64,000 nucleotides of DNA from Ginglymostoma cirratum (GCA_024137785.1 JAHRHZ010000058.1:11577149-11641148); one strand, 5' to 3'. Shown: positions 12,571-26,960, counted from the first letter of the stretch. Notes: generated from the sequence alone by a model not told the origin. Program-made: numbers and translations.

Positions 12571-14730
12571 TAAATTATAGCCTTATCTAATTAGATATGA
12601 TTCAATAGAGTTCGATATGTTGCGTCCATATTGTAGCAAATGAAAGTGATTTGGCAAATGCTACAAAAGCAGAATTTGACGTTATTTTAAGCAGACTTAT
12701 TTTATGTTAGCAGGCAATGAAAGGTGCCAGTTTCTCACTTGGTGATCTTTAGGTCAGTGCAGATCTAGATTTAGGGTTCCATTTTTTGCTAGGTTCTTAA
12801 GAAATGACAGTAGAACTGTCTACACACCAGGTTCGTAGCTTCATGCGTCCTTAGCAGATTGGCAAGAAGGTTGATGCCGGAACTTTATTTTCAGGCTGAC
12901 TGTGGAAAAGAAATACTGAGCACATGACATTGCAAATGTCCATGAATGAAATTGCCCCCTTTTGTGGATGAGCACTGTTTTGTTGGTTGAATATAATGGG
13001 GTTCTCATGTTTGTGGGCCATGTGGTTTTGAAAGAAAGGTAGAGGGGTGGGGGATTGGTTTGGGGGTGTGAGATGATGGTGGATTGACTCACACCGCTCA
13101 CAACACTCCCTTCCTCTTAAGTCAAAATAAAAGTCATTGGGGTGGCCAATTTTAATTCGTCCACAGCGGTGTTTTCGAGATTTCAATAGCATCAAGTGGA
13201 GACCATAGCTTTACTGCTTTGCAAAGCTGTTTTTAAAATGACCTTTCTCTGGGCAACCAGAATGATCAAATAGATCCAAAATGAACAGCTGTTCCAAGGT
13301 CTAAGTCCTTTCAGTAGACAAATTGGAGGATTTATGTTGTCATTTGAGAGACAACTGGGCAGATATATGCATTGACTACAGACACTTAATGCTGTTAATG
13401 CACATTAGTATTTTCTTTGGGATGAGCTTTCCTCAATTTATTTAATTACTCAGATGGAGATTTTGAATGCATCAGCCTGGTTGGACTTCAACAGATCCTG
13501 GAGGTGCAAAGACAGTGTTTTTCACAGTGGCATCCATTGCTTTCAGTATTTTCCTTTGACATATCTCACCGTGGGGGGTCTGTAATCATCGTTCTTTGCC
13601 CTGTCTTGCCAGAAATTGGATCTATTTGCATCTGAGTTTAGGCCTTTCCTCTCAAGCTTGTTTAGAGTTCATGGGAAAATTTACCTTAACCTTTCAACAG
13701 TCCCCATTTTTATAGGGATGGATTGTAAAACTACAACGCACATGTATCTCCTGGATACATCCATAGCCTAGTGCAGCATCTGGTGGCAGAAAATTAGTAC
13801 TGCTTGTCGTTATCTTTGGAAAAAATTTCAGATCCAGAGCAAATGTAAATGCTGATTTAAAAAAGGTTCTTGTGAAGGTCTTAAGTCTCTAGATAGGTGC
13901 ACAATCCTATCATCCTTTAACCTATTGCAAAATCTCGATTGTCCTACTGAAGTTCCTTTCACTCTTATCCTGTATAATTTTGCATGCAGCAAAAAACACT
14001 GTGCCTGCAACTTAGAGCAGATAGTTCACATGCTGGCTTTTACACTGGGCTAAAATAGTGTCCTGTCATCCTTAGGATCAGGGTACCTGAGTAATAGGTT
14101 CAAAGTTTTCTCTCCCGCTTCTAAAGTCAGAAAGTGAACCAAACTTCTACTGCAAATAAATAAATGCTGACAGGATGTCCACAAGACTGGGGGTCAGCCC
14201 ATCTATGTGTTAAAAATAGGCAGCGCCACCCAGGAAGGTAACCAGGATGACCATGGCAGTAGTGGGGGCTGTTGTGAACTTTACTTTGGGATATCGTAGT
14301 GTATCTGAGTAAAGAAGGAATTTTACCCTGACCAGTCTCAACTCAATGCTGACAATGGCTGCTGCCCAAATTGACAAAAAAAACACTTTCAAACCTGAGC
14401 ACAACGGCAGGTTTGTTCAAAAATGTGATATTTTGTTCCACACTGCCTATATACCGTAACCATTTCCCACATTTACCTGTGACCATGCCAGCAGCAGCTG
14501 GCCACAAAGTTACGCACAGGGACGATTAGTATGCCTTTTTCTGACACTGTCTAGGATTTGGTAAAGCAAGAATGCATTATGTTTGTGTGCAAAACTAGAA
14601 CTTCAGGGTCTGACATGGCCTGTGACGGAGAGACAAGTCAGGGCCCAATAATGAGGGATCTAGGAGTGCCTCTGTGCTCAGTTAGGGAATGGATATAGGC
14701 ACCAGGAGAAACCAGGGCCTGTGATTTCCG

Positions 14731-15066
14731 TCATAGAATCCCTACAATTTAGAAAGAGGCCATTTGGCCCAAGAACCCCAAAGAACATCTCACAAAGACC
14801 CACATCCCCCATTCTATTCCCATAGCCTCGCATTTACCCTGACTAATCCACCTAGCCTGCACATCCCTGGATACTACTGGGCAATTTAGCATAGCCAATC
14901 CGCCTTTCCTGCATATCTTTGCACTATGGAAGGAAACCGGAGCGCCCAGCAGAAACCCACGCAGACACAGGGAGAATGTATAAATTCCACCCAGACAGTC
15001 GCCCAAGGCTGGAATCAAACCCAGATCCCTGGCACTAGTGCTTACCACTGAGCCACCATGCTGCCC
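14731..15066 (-). mobile_element. HE1-like V-SINE
   Basis: ggaaaccggagcgccc...aaacccacgcagacacagggagaatg is the reversed V-domain; tRNA head accactgagccaccatgctgccc; CR1-like tail catagaatccctaca. Confidence 0.85.
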
Positions 15067-15499
15067 TTGGGGTCAGGCTTAAGGTTTTTAACATCTCATG
15101 TGACCCAAACCTGCCTGCTTTTGAGTGTTTGTTAAGAGTCCACCAGTACTAATTGACTTGCTATAGTATTAATTATGTTGGATCTGATGAGCCACTATTA
15201 TTGCCGAAGGAACATTAAACAATGTATCATGGATCATTATGTATCGAAGGTGAATGCATCTGTTTACAGCTATTTGCTACAAGTAACCACAGTCTTGCAT
15301 CTTTCACATTTAAATCATTTGAATCATTTGATCAAGGAATTCTCACTTGTAAATCTCAGGTGCAGCTCAGAAGTAGCCATTATTATACAGTTGCTTTGTA
15401 GCCGAAACAGATTGTGACCTGAGCCATGTGACTACAATATACATGGATGAGATGTATCCTCTTACCTTAGGTTACTGTATGTTTGGTGAGACCTCCAGA

Positions 15500-15695
15500 A
15501 TTCCCTGATGAAACCTATGTACATCTCTCTGTCCAGATGCTCCTTAGAAGCTAGCTTTTTGATTAAAGTTTTGGTCACCCAACCTAACATCTCCTTAAGT
15601 GTCTTGTTAAAAAAATTTGTTCGCCACTGTTCCTATGAAGCAACTTGAGATGTTTTACTATGTATAGGTGCTGTATTAATACAGGTTGTTGTTGC
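15500..15695 (+). mobile_element. L2 3' tail fragment
   Basis: cctatgaagcaacttgagatgttttactatgtataggtgctgtattaatacaggttgttgttg. Confidence 0.65.
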
Positions 15696-18364
15696 TTGAG
15701 ACCCATATGAGACCTTAACTGAGCAGAATTAATTTGTAATCTGTATTCCACCTAGCCAACAAAGTCATTTAATTGAAAAGTTAACTGCTGGGATTTCAGG
15801 ACATGGAATACATTAATGACAGACATCACAAATTTTTTCCTTGTGCGGAACCCAGCTTATTTATATAATTTCCTTGAAACAAGGAATACGTACAATGAAT
15901 AAAATTCAGCACATCAAAACTAAACTTAATTGGAAAATGAAATGGAATGGTTCACACAGTGACACATATTGTTTGAATTCTCTTCTGTGAAATTAGATTT
16001 AAATGCTATAAAGAGCCACAGGACTATGAAAGGATACCATTGAATTGTTTGTTATGCTAAAATCAAACCTTTGGGATATTCCTGGTATTGTTCTCCTTCT
16101 ATAATTGTGCCAATAAAGCAAACCAAGGGAAGAATTTCGAAACAAGTTAGTTGTTATCTTATGTCACTGTTTCTGGCATGTATGTGAACTTATGTGAAAT
16201 GTGCTGACTGAATTGCCACCAATCCCTGCCAAGTTGTTGGTGTGAGCTGGGCTGTGGTGAAGTGTGTACAAGTGGCCAAATTGGGTACCAATAGTTTGTT
16301 TCATCACTGGCATGTATACAATTCAGTATTCAACAATAACGTACCATTTCCAAAGCAAAACAAATCTGATTGCGCTAAGATGTGGAATGACCCACATTGT
16401 TTAAATCCATTATATGAAATTGATTTGCCCTTTTAAAACTACTTAGAGCATTTGCTGCACCTGTTATAAGCCCAAAAAGGCGTTTTGCCTGAAATATCCA
16501 AAATATGAGTATGTAACATCATTTTGGCAGTCCACTGGATAAGAATAGATTTGAAACTTACGTTGTGAAATAACATGACCATGTTGCTACTTCAGAAGAT
16601 CTGTCGTCGACAATCTCATTTTTGTAAAATATTATTTCTATATATATATAAGACATTCTGTCCAACCTATTTAGAATTTAGTGTGAGGCTAACAACGGTC
16701 TTATTCGAAAGCTTCTTCCAACGGTGTTCTTAATCCAAGCACCTGTAAATGTTTGAGATGCAGCTAGACTAGACATCTGATTCTTCCATCTTCTCTCCCT
16801 ACGACAAATTGTCCCCAATTTACTTGACTTCTCAATGTATCTTAATTGAGCTTAGGAATTCACTGTGATAGGTCTTGGAGGTGAGGTCAACGCCCCAGTG
16901 TTGAAGTCATTCTCAATTTCCTTTTGAGCAGAACAATGGTTTCTTCAAACAACTATTGTATAATTGAAATAATACTGATATTTCATGAATACCAGTCAAA
17001 GAAACTGACGTTTTGAATTAATTGTTGAAGAGTTAAACGCTACCAGATTTGTTGTTATGTATTTCATTCCTTGGAAACTATGATTGCTGATTTCAAGAAA
17101 TTTGCAAACTATGTATCAACATTTAATTCAATCAATATTCCAAAATTGTATCATTTCAGGATAAGCCTGAAGAAAAATATGTTGCATAAATTTTAGTTAA
17201 CTTCTGCAAATGAAGACGTTTGTATCCGTGAATATACAGCTGGGGTTTTGGTTTAACATCTCAGCACCTGCCTGTAGTCTCAGGTGGGCCTACAGGATCC
17301 CCTTGTACTACTTGAAGAAGGACAGGGAAATTGTTGATGTCAAGACCAATGTTCATCCCTTGATGAATCGCTTAAAAAAGACAGAAAGTTTGATCATTTA
17401 CCACAGTATTGTTTGTGGTCCATTGGCTGCCCCATTTCCTATATTGTAAGAATAACAATATCTCAAACATCATTGGCTATGAAACGTTATAGGATGTCCT
17501 GTGGTGCTGATGTATGATGAAGTTGTTTTTTTAAAAGCTAGCACTTCAGGCAACGTAGCACCGAGAGATCAGTAATGACATCATGCTCCTTGAGACTGTC
17601 TGTGAATTTTTACAGTTATGTTATGTTGCCCTGTGAGTTCCATTAATGGCTCTCTTCCAACTTGGATAAACATGGCGCCAGTAGAGTACAGGAATATTAA
17701 ACAACTTGGGCAGTTAAGTCTGTTGAAATATTCTTCAGGCAGACAAAAGCACAAAATTTCAAAATGGACCTTAACGTCAAACAAAAGTTCTATCTTGCAA
17801 TGATTACTGGTAGAGGTTCTGATAGAGAAATTCATAGTTACAGAAATAACTGTAGTCGCAGGAAATAATGTTGCACATTGCAATGTGATAGAAGCCACCA
17901 TACTTGGTATCTAACCTTTTAGTATTGGTTTACAGAGAAGCTCACCGCTACCATTTTAATAAATGTGTGTGTTTTAACATAACCTTGTTAAACTGGACCA
18001 GCCTGTTATTTCCTGTGAGATAAAAGAGTTGGGTTAAGTGATTCAATGTGGTTCTGAAGTGCTTCAAAAAATGTATAATATGTACTTTCTGACAAGAACT
18101 CTGACAATGTCAAGTTATTTTATTACATGTTATAACCAGAACATAGGACATTGCAGCAGCATTCATGCAAAAGCTATTAGACCAAGTTCATTCCTTGTTA
18201 GTCACTGCTCTCCTTTGTTTATTCAAATATGTGGATGAATTCTATCTCATATCTTACTAAATTTGACATAAGAGAAGTGACAAAATAAGGCTGGTGTAGA
18301 AGTAAGGTGTGGGTTTATATTGCTGTGTACCCCTGAATCAATAACTTAACTGGACCAGTTATAT

Positions 18365-18950
18365 AAATACTCTGGCCTGGGCATTCTGCAGTGAATAATT
18401 CATCTCCTAACTCCTCGAAGCCTGTCTATTGATCAAGTCATGAGTGTGATGAAATACACCCCACTTACGTGATAAGTGCATCTCCAACAGGGGTCAAGAA
18501 ATTCAACACCATTCATTCCGAACAAAGCAACCTGTTGATTGCCACCATGTCTGCCACCTTCCAAATCCACAGTTGGCACACTCTAGAGACAGTATAAACA
18601 ATGTGTAAGATGCACTGCAGCAACTCTGCATGGTTCCTCCAACAACAATTCCTATACCCCTGAACTCAACCGTGTGGATAGACAAGGGCAACAGATGCAT
18701 AGGAACACCTGCAACCTGTAAGTTTCCTTTCAAACCACACTCTCCCCTGACTAGGAGTTATTCCGTTGTTGTCACTGAGCCAAAATTTCTGAAGTTCTCA
18801 TCCTGAACTGAACCACGGTACCCTCAGCCGAGAAGATATAGTGCCTCGAGAAGGTGTCTTACCATTACCTTCTTACAGACAGCTGGGGATGGAGAATAAG
18901 TGGTGACCCAGCCAATGAAGAGCATATCCCATGAAAATTTGTTAAAAAGC
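18365..18950 (+). mobile_element. CR1-clade LINE 3' end sharing its tail with the SacSINE1-like SINEs
   Basis: caagtcatgagtgtgatgaaatacaccccactt...ggggatggagaataagtggtgacccagccaatga...atcccatgaa. Confidence 0.65.
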
Positions 18951-21900
18951 TACAAATATGAAGTGGCACTAATTATTGAAGTATTAATGTCACACAACTT
19001 GTCTTATGTATATTTATGTCAATGAACTTCTATTTTAATAATGACTTTTTGGTGACAAGTGCATATTTTTGAATTTGCTGAGCACTATGTTGAATTTTCA
19101 ATCCATAGAACAAAGTGTTTCTGAGTTTATGTGATCAGAGATCATGAAAAGAAGGAATTGGGAAGGTAATGGAAACATTTCTGACTGACATCAGCAAATC
19201 TTTACTGTACAATCAAAATGGCGTCACATTAAAGTTGTTTATTTCGGAAAGCAAGTCATGCAGGAGTGTAAATTGGGAAATGTAATCCCTTCAGACTTGT
19301 AGATTTAATTAGAAACTTGTTTAATTTCTGCTTTCACATCAAGCATACACAAGTTTAAATATATATACATACATACATAAGTATACATTTTTAAGCTCCC
19401 TAAATTCCATTACATAGTTTGGTCACAGCCCTTAAAAGCTCAGTTTAAAGCTCTTTCTTTTAAAACTTAACAACGAGCTATTGTCAACTCACAGGAAGTC
19501 TGAACCATTGATATTGACTTGTTCATCAATATCCAGGTTGTGAGTTACCCTTCATAACATGCGCAAAGGATTCCTAGGAGGGCTACAGCTTTTGTACTGC
19601 ATGAACACCAAGGCCAGTGCCTGACAGGTAGGCTTGGCTTAGTCAAAACCTACTGCAGGAAAGCCTCAGATCCTGGAGTCATTGGTCTCAGCCAATCCCA
19701 GTGCTATGATAACGTGCAAGCTGGCTGCATGAGACCTGGATCTCGGAACTGATGTCACTAACTAAGTCAGCCTTTCTAAAATAAGCTGAAGGCTTGTGTT
19801 TTTGCAAATTTTATGACATCCCTGAAATGTGTCAAAGCATTTCACGCAAAATTTGAAGTGAAGTGACAGTTATGTAGGCAAACAATAAGGTATCCAGTTA
19901 TAATTTCTCTTTTGATCCTTTAAACTCTCTTTCTCCAAAATTAATTTCTCCTCTCTTAAGATTTGGAGGTGTAACTATTCAGAGAATTGGGAGAAAATGG
20001 GCACAATATAAAACTGATACTCCTCTCGATTCCAACCAGCTAGTGAAGCAGCAGCAACAATAAGCCCATTGCCGTGAATTTAGAAGCATATCACAGCATC
20101 ATTTTGGTTTGTATTACCATGAGGCTTGTGGATAGGGTTGTATTCTGCACATTGGAGAGATGGTTATCCTTGGCTCTTCCTCACTGAATCTGACCTGCAA
20201 TGGCTTCCCCTTAGCTAAGTGTGACTGCTATCTAGCTCTGATAGGTTTCTGCCAGCTTTGTTATGTGCACCATACTATACAGTACTTACTGTAATTGGGT
20301 GTAAGTGCCTCTCTCACTTATACTGACTCTTTCATCCTTTCTTCACATTCTGTTGCACATGACTGGAGATACCACTGTTTCAAATTGCTATCCATCAGCG
20401 TTTCATTGTCCTATCTTTGGACTAAACAAACTTTGCACCCATTAGCCAGCCTCTTCTCATGATGATCCATGGTCATTGATGTTTGGAATTGCAGGAAGCC
20501 TACTTTCATATCTGCAAAAGATACCAAGCAGGATTTGGTTTGGGATTCTTTATGGTGGGTAGCAATCTCTAAATGGTACATTTCGTCAAAATGGTGTAAT
20601 TAGTTCTCCACAGTGCCTTTATCTTCGATATACACACATGCCTTCTTTATTTGTCATCACAAAATGCCATTTCCCCCAAGAAGCCAAAACAGGTCCAGTA
20701 TTTGTTGGTTGGGGTAGTGTGGAAATTCTTCCTAGGGTTCATGCATCATGCCTTACTGGCAGGTCTGAATGCTATTGATTCAAGGTCCACGTGGGTTGAT
20801 TTTAAAATCCCTGGTTATTCCTGGAACATTCTGGATCTCAATCTGTAATAACCCTTCAATCCTTCCTCTCTTTTTTCTCCGATTAAGTGTCACATTCCTG
20901 CATAAGTAATGCATGGACTGTAATTCCGTGTTGCATACATTTGCACCATGAAGTAAACCTTACCTCATTTTTATACATTTATTAATGGGGCTTCAGGATT
21001 CCCTGCAGAAGAATCTTAAACTAGATTTTCAAGGGTTCCCAGCCACTGGTGCTAGTAAGCCAGTATGCATGAGTGTCAGGCACCAACCTGAATGTCTCTG
21101 CATGTTTTGCATGTGTGAAATGGGTCCCTAAGTATCCAATACTGAAATAGGTGTGTACTGATTCTGTATGGGAGGTGCACTGCCTGTTCCATTGTTAGCT
21201 GTCCTGCACAGATGTCCAGGGTGTGCAGCTGTTGGTAATGTGAGACTTACGGCATAGACAAATCAGAGCCCTAATACCATTTTACAGCTTGCCCATAACC
21301 ACAGCATAGAGCAGATTTTACCCCTTCCTGTCCCACAGCAAATCCACATGTGACTGCTCATGCCATTTAGCCTACATCTCATTGCTCCCCCGCTCCCTTA
21401 CCAGACCGAACTCATGATTTTAACTGCCGTCCTCACTGGTTCGTCTCCAGCACTGAGACTATAAACATTGACCTATCCCCTAGTGAGTTACAGGCCCATT
21501 CACATCCCTGAGCACAATCGGAATGAAACTGGTGAACAAATTAGCAGTGATTCTTTTCCGGTCTCTTTCAGCAGCCTGCATTGCATCAGGAGCGCATCCA
21601 AAAATAGTGTGAGTCAATTTCTTGGTTCCTATCAATGTGGCTATGTACTGTGCTGCTATTTGGTGGTGATCATTCCTTATTTTAGTATATCTATATATGT
21701 CTGAACATTGTTTATGACTTCATTCCCTGAATATTCCCGTCCTGGCTGTTATTTCCAAGCCCCAACAAATTTGAAACTTAGTTCCATAATACATGTGGGC
21801 AGTAAGACCTGATATTTTTCACTTTTACACACAAAAGATAGAAGACAACTTCATTTTGCCATCTTTACCACTAAAGATAGCTTTTGATCAGCTTTGGTTG

Positions 21901-24059
21901 AACGTACTGACTGAAAATGATGAGGTTCTGAGTTGGTGATCTCCTGGGTTGAACAACAAATTTAATACAATAGGTGATCCACTTCAAATTCTGTTGTCGC
22001 GCATTGCATTTTTAGTCTCTTTCGCTCACTGAGGAACTGAAGTCTTGTTCTGGGGAAGCTGTGGTTTATCTGTGTAATGGCATAGATAAGTGAGTAGGAC
22101 GATCACCATAGTAACAAAGAAGTTACACTATTTGGAGAATTTAAATTTCTGACCACATTGTGTTGCACCCTTTCCTTCTCTATAAATTACAAAAGAAGAG
22201 AAAAAGTAAACAGGAGCAGAAGGAACCGCAAAAGGAGCTTGTGAGCTGTGCACTGTATTTGTCATGTAGTAGGCCATCTTATAACTCTGTGTTAGTTGCA
22301 AAGGACACTTGTGTTGTTTTTTTTTCTCTCTGATTTTACTGTGGTTGCAATTTTGGCCGAGTTAGGTAGAGCATAAATGGCCTGATGAAAGCAACAAAGA
22401 TTTTTCATGAAGGTTCAGGGCCCAATATCCAGTCTTGGTTCCTTGACGATATTTATTTTACTTTCACTGGATTTCAATAGCAGTCTAATTTTACTGATAG
22501 TTTGGTGTGTGGAGGCCATGACAGTGAGTGGCACAATACTGAGACCGAAGAATTTCCTCTTCATAATACAGTTTGTGTTGGAAGAGGCTATAAACACGAT
22601 TACAAAGTCAGAACCCTGTACACTGTTGGGGAATGATGTATTCTTTTTGCTAGCTACTTTAATATATGATTTTTAAGTCCAGAATTAGTAGCTACGAGAA
22701 GCTGAAAGGTGGCAAAGCACTTTTAGTGTTTCCATCTGAGAAATTATTTGGAAATTGAAAAGCAAACATTCAATATATTGACTACATTGCAAAACAAAAA
22801 GCCGCAGTCCAAATTAAAAGACAAATTTGTGGTACTAAAAGAATCACATTCAACAGGAAGAAATTGAAGAACGTACAAAAGCAACGGTAAAAATGAGAAG
22901 TGCGACAGTTGTGTGACAAGGAGTTTGTATAAAGAAGTGAAAAGAGGAGGTTATAGAAATATCACAAACTGTGTTGCAGGGTATTATAAATTTACTGGGA
23001 AAATACAGCTGGTGCATTCAGTTGGGCTTGTAAGATTAGCGACATTCCAGTTCAATTTTAATAGTAGTCGAAGGCAAGTATCAGATAGACGGAGGAATGC
23101 CATTCTCATACATAACGTATTTGTCAACATTTGCTAGTAGGCCTGTAATTGTCCTTTATAAGTGCTTATTCTTTTGTGGTAAGAATACCGAGCATAAGGG
23201 CAAATGAGTGACCTAAATTTTCGGGCAGAAGAATACCTGGCTTCTTGAACCCTGACCTTTAGAAATGGCCACCCGTATTAACCATTTTTGATCTGAAAGA
23301 GATGGGTTGGATTCCATGCTGGGCCAAGTAACCCTTGAAGAGCTGAGGAGACTTCCAGTTGCCAAGGCAATGCAGGCACTGCTGTCTGTGGGTTTCAAAG
23401 TGTTTCAAAGGGTTAATCCTTGATGGAGAACAGTAAGTACCACCCATTATGATGATGTCATGCTGGCATGGTCAAAGTAAAGAAAGAGTTTGTAGCAGAT
23501 AGAGCTGAGGCTAGTCTGCTCTTAACAGCAGTAATGTGTAAGCAATAACAATTTAATACACTTCAGATTGTTTGTTCAACTAGATTGTTTTAGTTAGACC
23601 AGAGAGGTGGTTGTCCTCATCCATGGTAGATTACTTAGGACTTGAAGGAATCTGCAAGAAACCTACCGAAAACCTACCTCAAGGCTCCAGCACATGCCCA
23701 AAATTTAAAATAAAATATAAAACATCGTTCTAACCCTTGGCCTTCACACCTCCTCATGACCACACACTTCTCAAGGCCTGTCTGTGCCAATCCATACCAC
23801 CCAATTCCCTCTAATCTCCTCTATGGCCTTTCATGTCTATTATACCATGCTGTTCCCCTCTATTTATCTTACATGGTCCCTTGTATCTGTGTGCCAAATT
23901 AGTGCCAACTCATTCTAACCCATATTTCCACCTTATCCCCCTTTCGCTTTAATGCCAACACACCCGTTATCTTGACAGGACGAAAAAAAAGGTTGTAATA
24001 CTTAAAGATCTATATTGTAAACTACAATTTATTGGGGGAAAAATCTCTCTTTTATAAAG

Positions 24060-24432
24060 AGATAATAAGAACTGCAAATGCCGGAGTCAGAGACAATGCA
24101 GTGTGGAGCTGGAGGAACACAACAGGCCAGGCAGCATCAGAGGAGCAGGAAAGTTGACGTTTCGGGTCGGGACCCTTCTTCAGAAATGGGGGAGGGGAAG
24201 GGGGCTCTGAAATAAATAGAGAGGGGGGCACGGTGATAGAAGGTGGATAGTAGAGCAGATAGGTGGGAGAGAAGACAGACAGGTCAAGGAGGTGGGGATG
24301 AAGCTAGTAAACCTTCCCCAGTCCCACTCCTCCTCTCTATTTTTTCTCAGCTCCCTTCCCCCTCCTCATTTCAGAAGAAGGGTCCCTGGCCTGCTGTGTT
24401 CCTCCAGCTCCGTACTGTGTTGTCTGTCCTTT
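24060..24432. mobile_element. Penelope-like element terminal sequence in inverted (palindromic) arrangement
   Basis: gtgtggagctggaggaacacaacaggccagg...; inverted copy cctggcctgctgtgttcctccagctcc; same terminus as the GIY-YIG element at 39285. Confidence 0.75.
24156..24187 (-). ncRNA. Minimal hammerhead ribozyme motif in a Penelope-like terminus
   Basis: Minus strand reads CUGAAGA-A-GGGU CCCG ACCC-GAA-ACGU-C: core, stem II, palindromic stem III and GUC site. Confidence 0.65.
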
Positions 24433-24447
24433 ATAAACAGATGTTTT

Positions 24448-24515
24448 GACAGTTCTTGACAGTTTTGATTTGTCGTGACAGTTCTTGACAAGTTTGACAC
24501 TGCTTTGACAGCTTC
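24448..24515. repeat. Short imperfect ~10-bp tandem repeat (GACAGTTCTT)
   Basis: gacagttctt gacagtttt ... gacagttctt gacaagttt gacactgcttt gacagctt. Confidence 0.7.
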
Positions 24516-25329
24516 TCACTTCCAGGAGCTTCATCCAAACTTTAAGCACAATCTTCTCTGCTGTTGACAATCCCAAAAGATATCTGACTCTCCACTGTTT
24601 AAAGTACTTAATATTCACCTGAGGTGAATACCTTAAATCCCCACTTCACCCAAAGGTGTCCCAGGATTCCATCCATAGGGCTATCTTACCTTTTCAAAGG
24701 AGTACCCCAGCTGTCCTGAGAAATCAGTGAAGTTCACATTTGTTCTTTGTGGAAATATTGTGTATACCCTCGGTTCTAAGCTACAGGGACACCAAAATTC
24801 CACCTCAGTGGAGGCAATTCTAGATCTAAATGTCCCAACTGCCTCCGTAAAATGTGTATGCACAAAATCTTGCTCACATCCACACCCAATCCCACACAAA
24901 TGGGAAGTACCGTGCTCCGGGGCATGACTTGCAATTTCAGGTCTCATTGACCATTTTCACTGTGACAGGGAGGCTTCCTCATGACGAAAACGTGGGCCTG
25001 TGTTTTTGTGCTAAGAAATAGCAGCCTTTAAAAAATATAAAATAACAACTGGGCATGCATTAGAAACTTCCTTATAATAATCCTAAACTCCCATGTTAAT
25101 AGTTTCTTTATTATACGTAATTTATCTGTGGAGGTATGTTGAGTCTGAGAGAGAGAAAAAAGTACGTCTTCTCTTCATCCCTTTGAGGAACATTGCATTT
25201 CCCAAAGTGCTTCACAGCCAATGAGGACTCTTGTAAGTTTAGTCAATGTTGTTATTAGGAAAGGTAGCCAGTCTTCATATAGTGAACTCCCATAAACAGC
25301 AGGTGACCAGAATTATTTTCTATAAAATT

Positions 25330-25555
25330 GTGCAACTTTGAAAGTTCCTGTGCCCAAAGGTGGTGGAGGCAGAGTCACTGAATATTTTTAAGCTGGAGGT
25401 AGATAGATTATTATTAGGCAAGCGAATCAGTGTCAATCGGGGGGATGCAGGAGTGTGGAATTCTCAACAGAGACGGAGCAGCCAGGATCTTATTGAATGG
25501 CTGAGCAGACATGTGGGGCTGAATGGCCAACTTGTTTTCCTAAGTTGTATGTTTA
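25330..25555 (+). mobile_element. CR1 LINE 3' end
   Basis: ORF VVEAESLNIFKLEVDRLL followed by the CR1 3' UTR. Confidence 0.75.
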
Positions 25556-26164
25556 TAGATAATCGTTGCAATTAATATCTTTTTCACTGTCAATTGAGAA
25601 ATAAGTAGTGAACAGGCCAAGGATCTTTAACAGTCAGATGGTGCTTTGGCTTAATGCCTCTGATGTATTCCTGGGCTCTAGACTATAGAACGCAGCACTT
25701 TCTGAGAACAGTCCCTTCCTGAGAGCACTGTTGGTGTACCTACACCTCATGGACTGTAGTAGTGAAAAGGTGGCTCACCATTACCTTCTTAAGGGCAGTT
25801 ACAAATGTTGATGTTGCCATTGATATCCATGTCCTCTGAAAGAATAAAAAATGTAAAAGAATGCCAGCTTTGACTTTTTTTGTGCTCAAACATTGGACTG
25901 CAACTTATATCCGTAACATCTGGACTTTCAGACAAGTGAATGTTAACAAATGAATTATAGTGGGTGCGGAACAATTAGTATCTAATGATATAAATGTTTT
26001 AAAAATTTGATTTAGTACGTGAAAGTCTGACTGATAAAATAACAGCTCATATTCAAGTCTTTCCATCTGAACTTTGTAAACATCATGCGTTGAAGAATGA
26101 TTGGCTGGTTCTGATAGTCTTTCAGACCACCCTCAATTCAATTTTATTGGTCGCATATTTTTTA

Positions 26165-26960
26165 AAATTCATTAATGGCATGTGGTTGTTACTGGCAAGG
26201 CCAGCCTTTATTGCCCATCCTGAACTGCATCAAAGTTGGTGGCAAACTACTTCCTTGAACCTTTGCAGTGGTTCAGGTTTAGGGACACCTGCAATGTTGT
26301 TAGGAAGGGAGTTTGAGGATTTTGTGGACTCAATAACAAGTAAGGAGTGGCAATATATTTCCAAGTTAGGATAGTGTGTTGCTTGGAGGAGAACATGCAG
26401 ATGGCACTGTTCTCATGTATCTGGTAAGAGGTCATGCATTTCAAAAATGCTGTCTGATGAGTCTTGGTGAATTGTGCAGTATATTTTGGGATGTTACACA
26501 CTGCTGCTGCTCTGCATTGATGCTGAAGGGAGTGAAAGAGGTGTCAGTTAAGCGGGCTGCTTTGTCCTGGATAGTGTCAAGCCTCTTTAAGTGTTTTTGG
26601 AGCTACATTTATGGAAGCAGGTAGAGTATTGTGTCACATTCCTGACTTCTGCCATTTAGAGGGTGGTCAAGCTTTGAGAACACAGGAGATTAGTTGCAAG
26701 TAACAGCATTCCAAGCCTCCAGCTGCTTTTGTTGTCACAATGTTTGTATGGCAGGTTCAATGCAATTTTTGATCAACATTAACCCCTAGGATGTTGATAG
26801 TGAGGGGTTCAGCAGTATTAATGACTTTGAATGTCAAGGGACAGTGGTTGGTTTGTGTCTTGTTGGAGGTAGTCATTACCTGAAATTTTTGTAGTGTGCA
26901 CTTTTTAGCCCAAACCTAGATGCTGTCCAGGTCTTGCTGCATTTGGACATGGACTACTAC
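26165..26960 (-). mobile_element. CR1-clade LINE 3' portion
   Basis: Reverse tail ggcaaggccagcctttattgcccatcc; body matches the family at 18365 and 60290. Confidence 0.65.
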
